From contig DASQUK010000214.1 of assembly GCA_035641315.1 (NCBI GenBank), positions 2,353-66,352 of the forward strand: a stretch of 64,000 bases of DNA, given 5' to 3'. The notes under the pieces were generated by a model. That model saw only the letters and a program-made list of their open reading frames with translations. It was not told where the DNA came from and made no database searches. Made by a program: the position numbers and the translations under genes. Source of the stretch: Acidimicrobiales bacterium. Lineage in GTDB: Bacteria; Actinomycetota; Acidimicrobiia; Acidimicrobiales; VFJN01. Shown piece by piece: positions 58,756 through 64,000 of the stretch. Each line of letters opens with the position of its first letter. Position 1 is the stretch's first letter.

Positions 58756-60159
58756 CTACGGGGTGACCACGGCGGCCCGCATATCCGCGGCGCTCACGCC
58801 CCGGGTCCACTCGACGATGCGGATCGTCGCCCGGGTGAGCGGCACCAAGTGGTCGCGGTCGATCTTGTCGAGCGTGTCCATGGCGTCGAACAGGTAGAAG
58901 GGCGCGGTCAGGAAGTTCATCACCGGCACCCCCTCGGTGTGGTAGAGGGCGCCATCGGTGGGAGGCCGCTCGCCGAAGGCGTCGGGCGCCAGGATCATCG
59001 ACCGCCCGAGCCCCTCGGTCTCCAGCGCCTCGGCCACCGCCCGCTCCAGCCGCGGGATCCGGCTGGTGAAGAACCAGCGGGGCACCGGCAGCCCGGTCGG
59101 CTCGACGCCGCCACCCTCGGCGGCGGTGAACTCGAGGGCGGCGTGCTCCAGGTGGACCTCGAGGACCACCTCCGCCAGCTCGGCGCGGTGCGCCTCGATG
59201 TAGCCGCCCAGCCCGGCGCCTCCCGACATGTGGCCGCCCTGCAGCAGGAACACGAGGCGGTGCGGCCGCCGCTCCGCGGGCTGCGCCGCCCAATACGTGG
59301 CCTGCGCCAGCACCAGCGAGATGCCGCTGGCATCCTCCACCGCCGATGCCCAGGGACCGTCGTGGTGGGAGCCGATCATCACCACCTCGTCGTCGGCGCC
59401 CGGCAGCTCGCCGACGACGTTGTGCGACTCCACGTCCCCGCGGTCGGACGCGACCGTGAGCCGCACCCGGACCGGCCCTTCGGCCAGGCGGTCGCGCAGC
59501 CACGCCCCGTCCGTCCCGTTGACCCACACGCCCGGGAGGGGGCGGGCGACCGCGTCGTAGGGGACGTAGTAGTCGGACGAATCGCCCGGGTAGTCGGTGA
59601 GCGTGCCAATGAACGCCGCCGCCCCCGCCTCGATCGACGGCTCCATCACCGCCTGGATCTGGGCGCCGAACGGGAGGACGTGCGACGCCCTCGCCAGTGT
59701 GCCGCCCGGGTCGATGATGCGGCCCGTCGTGTCCGCAGGGGCGCTGCCGGATGTCGCCGGCAGGTCGGAGGGCATCGAGAGCAGGGGGACGTCGAACAGC
59801 GACGCCTTGCCGCGCCCGGCGCCGGGACGATCCTGGTCGTACGGCGCCAGCTCGACCTCCAGCCCGTCGACCGGAGCCGAGTACGGCACCGGGAAGCAGT
59901 CGACGCCGGTCGTCGTGCCGGCGGCGTCCACGACCTCGAGCGACCAGTCGGTTGGCTCCCAACGGCTGACGGTGATGGGCTCGAGCCGCACGTTCTCGAG
60001 GCCGATCTCCCGGAAGCGGTCGGCGATCCAGCCCTCCGCCCACCCGTTCGCCGGGTACCCGGGCCGGCGGACGCCCTGTTCGAAGACCTCGGCGATCCAG
60101 CCAAAGATCGTCGCCCCCGCCGGCACGTCACCCAGGTTCACGACGCCGTCTGCCGACAT
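58756..60159 (-). CDS. M28-family zinc metallopeptidase
   Basis: [24 protein letters not shown]...[14 protein letters not shown] (H-x-D ... D-x-S-G metal-ligand pattern). ATG at 60159 after GGAGGACGAG. Ends 17 nt before ilvD. Confidence 0.7.
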   Translation of the reverse strand: MSADGVVNLGDVPAGATIFGWIAEVFEQGVRRPGYPANGWAEGWIADRFREIGLENVRLEPITVSRWEPTDWSLEVVDAAGTTTGVDCFPVPYSAPVDGLEVELAPYDQDRPGAGRGKASLFDVPLLSMPSDLPATSGSAPADTTGRIIDPGGTLARASHVLPFGAQIQAVMEPSIEAGAAAFIGTLTDYPGDSSDYYVPYDAVARPLPGVWVNGTDGAWLRDRLAEGPVRVRLTVASDRGDVESHNVVGELPGADDEVVMIGSHHDGPWASAVEDASGISLVLAQATYWAAQPAERRPHRLVFLLQGGHMSGGAGLGGYIEAHRAELAEVVLEVHLEHAALEFTAAEGGGVEPTGLPVPRWFFTSRIPRLERAVAEALETEGLGRSMILAPDAFGERPPTDGALYHTEGVPVMNFLTAPFYLFDAMDTLDKIDRDHLVPLTRATIRIVEWTRGVSAADMRAAVVTP

Positions 60160-60186
60160 CTCGTCCTCCGAACGGTCCGGGGGGCC

Positions 60187-60230
60187 GGACCCTATTCGCT
60201 CAGGTTTGTTCGACTGGACCGTATTGCCTC
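60187..60230. repeat. two further copies of the GAGGCAATAcGGTCC motif (inverted relative to the + strand)
   Basis: ggaccctattcgctc 60187-60201 and ggaccgtattgcctc 60216-60230, spaced 29 nt apart. They lie 28-71 nt upstream of the M28 peptidase ATG. Confidence 0.75.
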
Positions 60231-60784
60231 GGGTGGACGCCGCCCTCACGCTGGCGCTGGCGGTGGGCGGCCACGTTGGCCCGGGTGGCGCAGCGCTCGG
60301 AGCAGTAGCGGCGCGAGCGGTTGCGGGAGGTGTCGAGGAACACGCCGCGGCAGCGGGGATCGGCGCAGCGCCCGAACCGGTCGGGGCCGAGGTCGAGGAA
60401 GGCCATGGTCAGGCCCATCACCGCGCCCGTGGCGAACTCGGTGGCCACCGGACCCGTGTTGTCGGCGATGTGGAGGTGCCAGTCGGCGTCGTCGTGGCCG
60501 GAGATGGTCGGCTGCGCGCGGTGGCGGTGCAACAGGCGATTGAGCCGCTCGACCATCTCGGCCGAGCGTTGCTCGCGGGCGGCGTCGAACACCGTCCGAA
60601 GCTCGGCGCGCAGCGCGGCGAGGGGCGCCAGGTCGTCCGGGGTGGCGCGGCTGGCCATCCACGGCCGCGTGTCGAGGAACCGGCGCAGCCCGTCGAGCGT
60701 CGCCAGGGGGTCGTTGGCGTCGAGGTCATCGGGCTCGGAGGACACGAGGTCGACCGCCATGTCGGCGTAACGAGCAAAATCCAC
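60200..60784 (-). CDS. CGNR zinc-finger (ABATE + zf-CGNR) domain protein
   Basis: C-terminal CADPRCRGVFLDTSRNRSRRYCSERCATRANVAAHRQR matches the CGNR zinc-finger pattern. The N-terminal region resembles an ABATE domain. Confidence 0.8.
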   Translation of the reverse strand: MDFARYADMAVDLVSSEPDDLDANDPLATLDGLRRFLDTRPWMASRATPDDLAPLAALRAELRTVFDAAREQRSAEMVERLNRLLHRHRAQPTISGHDDADWHLHIADNTGPVATEFATGAVMGLTMAFLDLGPDRFGRCADPRCRGVFLDTSRNRSRRYCSERCATRANVAAHRQRQREGGVHPRQYGPVEQT

Positions 60785-60876
60785 TTGCGCCCCTTACGGG
60801 AGCGTGCGATTCTGTAGCAGGCAAAACACTACTACGTACCTTACAGCTAGCAGGCTCCAACCGTGGACATGCGCAG

Positions 60877-62250
60877 TTGAGCGACCCGCCCACTCCCCCA
60901 GCTCCGGCGGCTCCCCCGGCGACGAGGCGCCCGCGCCTCACGTGGCGGAGCACGCACGATCGCGAGATCGCCCGCTTGGCCGTGCCGGCGCTGGGGGCCC
61001 TCCTGGCCGAGCCTCTCTATATCCTCACGGACACCGCCATCGTCGGCCACCTGGGCACGCCCCAGCTCGGCGGGCTGGCCGTGGCGTCCAGCCTGCTGCT
61101 GACCCTCCACAACCTGTTCATCTTCCTCGCCTACGGCACGACGGCGGCGGTCAGCCGCCTGCTGGGCGCAGGCGACGAGCGGGAGGCGGCCCACCAGGCC
61201 ACCCAGTCGATGTGGCTGGCGCTGGCCATCGGCGGGACCGTCATGGCGGGCGGCCTGGCGCTGAGCGGCCCGCTGGTGGGCTGGATGGGCGCCGAGGGTG
61301 CCGTGCGCGCCAACGCCCTCGTCTACCTGCGGATCAGCCTCTTCGGTGTCCCCGCCATGCTCCTCGTGCTCGCCGGCACGGGCTACCTGCGCGGCCTGCA
61401 GGACACCCGCACGCCGCTGTTTATCGCCATCGGCACCGCCGCCGGCAACCTCGCCCTCGAGGTGGTGCTCATCTACGGCTTCGGCCTAGGGATCGGCGCC
61501 TCGGCCCTCGCCACCGTGCTGGCGCAGGTCGGTGGCGCCGCCGTGTACGTGCACCGGCTGGGCCGGGCGGCGCGCCGGCACGGGGCCGAGCTCGCGCCGC
61601 ACCCCGCCAGCGTGGCGGCGCTGGCCCGGGTGGGCCGCGACCTGCTGATCCGCACGGCGGCGCTGCGGGCGGCGCTGGTCGTCGCCACCGCCGTGGCGGC
61701 CCGCCTGGGGACGGTGGACGTCGCCGCCCACCAGATCGCCTTCGAGGTCTGGTCCTTCCTGGCCCTCGGGCTCGACGCCATCGCCATCGCCGGCCAGGCC
61801 ATGGTGGGGCGGGCACTGGGAGCTGAGGACGGCGCCCAGGCACGGGCGGCGGGCCGGCGCATGATCGAGTGGGGGATCTTCTTCGGCGTCGTCGTGGGCG
61901 GCCTCGTGGCGGCACTGCACACGGCGCTGCCGCACCTGTTCACCGGCGACCCGGAGGTGCTGGCGCTGGCGGGCTTCCTGCTCGTGTGGGTGGCGGCGCT
62001 GCAGCCCGTGAACGCGGTGGCGTTCGTCCTCGACGGGGTGCTCATCGGCGCCGGCGACATGCGGTTCCTGGCCCAGGCCATGGTGGGCGCCGCCGCCGTG
62101 TTCGTCCCGGCGGCCCTGGCGGCGCTCGGCGCCGACGCCGGCATCGGCTGGCTCTGGGCGGCCCTGGCCCTGCTCATGACCACCCGGGCGGTGACCCTCC
62201 TGGCCCGCTTCGCCTCCGACCGCTGGGTCGTCCTCGGCGCCCACCGCTGA
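60877..62250 (+). CDS. MATE-family efflux transporter (DinF-like)
   Basis: REIARLAVPALGALLAEPLYILTDTAIVGHLGTPQLGGLAVAS... with 12 predicted helices. TTG start in the track; the true start is uncertain. Confidence 0.85.
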   Translation: MSDPPTPPAPAAPPATRRPRLTWRSTHDREIARLAVPALGALLAEPLYILTDTAIVGHLGTPQLGGLAVASSLLLTLHNLFIFLAYGTTAAVSRLLGAGDEREAAHQATQSMWLALAIGGTVMAGGLALSGPLVGWMGAEGAVRANALVYLRISLFGVPAMLLVLAGTGYLRGLQDTRTPLFIAIGTAAGNLALEVVLIYGFGLGIGASALATVLAQVGGAAVYVHRLGRAARRHGAELAPHPASVAALARVGRDLLIRTAALRAALVVATAVAARLGTVDVAAHQIAFEVWSFLALGLDAIAIAGQAMVGRALGAEDGAQARAAGRRMIEWGIFFGVVVGGLVAALHTALPHLFTGDPEVLALAGFLLVWVAALQPVNAVAFVLDGVLIGAGDMRFLAQAMVGAAAVFVPAALAALGADAGIGWLWAALALLMTTRAVTLLARFASDRWVVLGAHR

Positions 62251-62265
62251 CCCCCAGATAACAAA

Positions 62266-62308
62266 CTGGTTGTAGCTGTGCGGTCATATGCCGCAGAGCT
62301 ACAACCAG
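62266..62308 (+). terminator. 18-bp stem hairpin after the MATE gene
   Basis: ctggttgtagctgtgcgg-tcatatg-ccgcagagctacaaccag (one mismatch), locally AT-richer than its surroundings. Confidence 0.55.
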
Positions 62309-62330
62309 AACGCGGGGTACGGTCCGCCGG

Positions 62331-64000
62331 ATGGGCCGGATCCGCGCCGCGCTCGCCACGCTGGGGACGGCGCCGTGGCGGCGGGCCCCCCGGCTGCTGT
62401 GGCGCCGGCCCGGGGTGTTGGCGACGGTGGCGGGCGCCACCGTCGTGCTGGCGGCGTCGGCGGCGGCGGTGCCGCTGTTCCTGTCCTCGGCGGGCTCCGA
62501 GGCGACGGCGGTGCAGGCCGGCGAGCGCTGCCCCCGGGACACCGGCGCGATCCACCCCACCGGGTTCACCGCTTCCGAGCTGCGCGATCCCCCGCCGGAC
62601 CCGTTCGCCCCCCTGGCGGACACGCTCGGCCCCACCGCCTCGTGGGCCCGCTTCCGCACGACGTTGGTGCGCCCCGACGGGTCGAGGGCCCCCGAGATGC
62701 CCATCCTGGCCCGCGACGACTTCCTCGACCACGTCGAGGTGGTCGACGGCTCACCCGGGCCGGGGCTGTGGATCAGCGACCGGGCGGCGACCATTACCCG
62801 CCTGGAGCGCGGGGACGTGGCCACGATCGACGGCGCCATGGTCGAGAGCGAGATCTCCGGCACACCGTTCGAGATCCCGTTCGACGACCCGGCCGAGCTT
62901 CCCATCGCCGGCGTCTACCGGGACATGGGGGGCCCGGCGCCGGATGACGACTACTGGTGCGCCCACGCCGACCTCTTGTTGTCGGAGGTCCCGGGAGATC
63001 TGCCCGACCCGCTGCTGCTGGCGGACCCGGGGACCATGGCCGAGCTCGTCGGGGCGCTCGGGATCGACGCCGTGCCGGGGGCGTGGGAGGCGCCCCTGCG
63101 GACCGACGATCTCACGCCCACGGAGGCCGACGCGCTGGTCACCGACCTGGCGTGCGGGTCGGAGGTGGCGCCCGACCTGGCGTGGTGCTCCGACATCGAA
63201 GTGGCCGCCGACGGCACGATCACCCGGCGCATCGAAGCTCCAACCGTCGAGGGCCCCTTCGGCCGGTTCACGCCCCGCGCCGACGAGCTCGAGTACGACG
63301 ACGCCGACGCCTTCGTGTCGGCGGCCTTCAGCTCCCACCTGCCGTTCGTGACCGAGCGGACCCGGGCGATCCAGGGGTCGGTCGCTGGCGGCGTGGTGCC
63401 GGTGGCGGCGTTCGCGGCGGTGGCCGGCATCGGCCTCGTGGCGGCCGCGGCGTCCCTGTGGCTCGACCGCCGCCGGCGGGAGGTCACGCTGCTGAGCGTG
63501 CGGGGCGTGTCGCCCGCCGGGCTGGGGCTCAAGGCCGTCCTGGAGCTGGCGGTGGCGCTGCTGGTCGGAAGCACCGCCGGCGTCGGCCTCGCCTACGGGC
63601 TCGTCGTCTGGCTGGGGCCGTCGACCGTGGTGGAGCCGGCGGCGATCGGGTGGGCGGCCGCCGGCGGCGCAGCCGCCCTCCTGGTGGCGGCGGCCGTCGT
63701 GGGGCTGGTCGTGGCCACGCGGGCGCGCCGCCAGCTCGCCCGCCGGCGCCGGTGGGACCGCCTGTCGGCGGTGCCCTGGGAGATCCTCGCCGGGGCCATG
63801 GCGGTGCTGTCGTACCGGCGACTCGGCGAGTGGGGCGTGCCGGTCGCCCAGGGCGCCGAGGTGACCACCGTCGACGTGCTGGCGCTGCTGTTCCCGCTGG
63901 TGTTTCTGCTGGCCGCCGTGGCGCTGGCCATGCGGCTGCTGACCCTGGCCTTGCCCCGCCTTCGGGCCGCCAGCCGCCGCTGGCCCCCGGCGCTGTACCT
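62331..64000 (+). CDS. FtsX-like ABC transporter permease, large type (3' end outside window); absent from the supplied ORF track
   Basis: The frame is open from the ATG at 62331 to the window edge with strong GC3 bias: MGRIRAALATLGTAPWRRAPRLLWRRPGVLATVAGATVVLAASAAAVPLFL..., a large extracytoplasmic domain, then REVTLLSVRGVSPAGLGLKAVLE and further TM helices typical of FtsX-family permeases. Confidence 0.6.
   Translation, partial: MGRIRAALATLGTAPWRRAPRLLWRRPGVLATVAGATVVLAASAAAVPLFLSSAGSEATAVQAGERCPRDTGAIHPTGFTASELRDPPPDPFAPLADTLGPTASWARFRTTLVRPDGSRAPEMPILARDDFLDHVEVVDGSPGPGLWISDRAATITRLERGDVATIDGAMVESEISGTPFEIPFDDPAELPIAGVYRDMGGPAPDDDYWCAHADLLLSEVPGDLPDPLLLADPGTMAELVGALGIDAVPGAWEAPLRTDDLTPTEADALVTDLACGSEVAPDLAWCSDIEVAADGTITRRIEAPTVEGPFGRFTPRADELEYDDADAFVSAAFSSHLPFVTERTRAIQGSVAGGVVPVAAFAAVAGIGLVAAAASLWLDRRRREVTLLSVRGVSPAGLGLKAVLELAVALLVGSTAGVGLAYGLVVWLGPSTVVEPAAIGWAAAGGAAALLVAAAVVGLVVATRARRQLARRRRWDRLSAVPWEILAGAMAVLSYRRLGEWGVPVAQGAEVTTVDVLALLFPLVFLLAAVALAMRLLTLALPRLRAASRRWPPALY

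Overview
This is a very GC-rich, gene-dense chromosomal segment that looks actinobacterial: GC-skewed third codon positions, GTG/TTG starts, actinobacterial-type long LeuA, SerC and MurJ. It is mostly core metabolism, and no cas genes, CRISPR array, rRNA or intact mobile element is visible.

**Gene content**
- Branched-chain amino-acid biosynthesis is spread over five transcription units: leuB-ilvE-cimA, leuCD with a divergent IclR regulator, leuA, ilvBNC and ilvD.
- Other core genes are serA, serC, aspC, gltX, greA, murJ and pspA.
- A form-I aerobic CO dehydrogenase cluster (coxM-coxS-coxL, signature AYACSFR) sits with an XdhC/CoxI-YHS fusion, a beta-carbonic anhydrase and a divergent LysR regulator.
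- A sigma-factor partner-switching module is present: an RsbW-like kinase, a degenerate paralogue, a SigB/F-type sigma and a STAS antagonist.
- Also present are two acyl-CoA synthetases, an acyl-CoA dehydrogenase next to a large AAA-LuxR regulator, several F420-type oxidoreductases, two peptidases (S9, M28), a CGNR zinc-finger protein, a MATE exporter and one tRNA-Gln(CUG).

**Signals not explained by the ORF track**
1. Three 11-13 codon leader peptides rich in Leu/Val/Ile, each followed by a hairpin and an intrinsic terminator, lie upstream of leuA, ilvBNC and leuB-ilvE-cimA.
2. There are at least three families of short GC-rich repeated palindromic elements. One copy sits in frame inside the S9 peptidase gene. 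Another element supplies an identical SD-ATG context to two unrelated regulatory genes.
3. A 15-nt motif (GAGGCAATAcGGTCC) is repeated upstream of both peptidase genes.
4. A translationally coupled pair, a small protein plus a Pol-beta-fold nucleotidyltransferase, is wedged between ilvBNC and ilvD.
5. A truncated relaxase-like ORF abuts the 3' end of tRNA-Gln and may be a decayed integrative element.

All functional calls rest on motifs I recognise in the translated ORFs. No database search was run.
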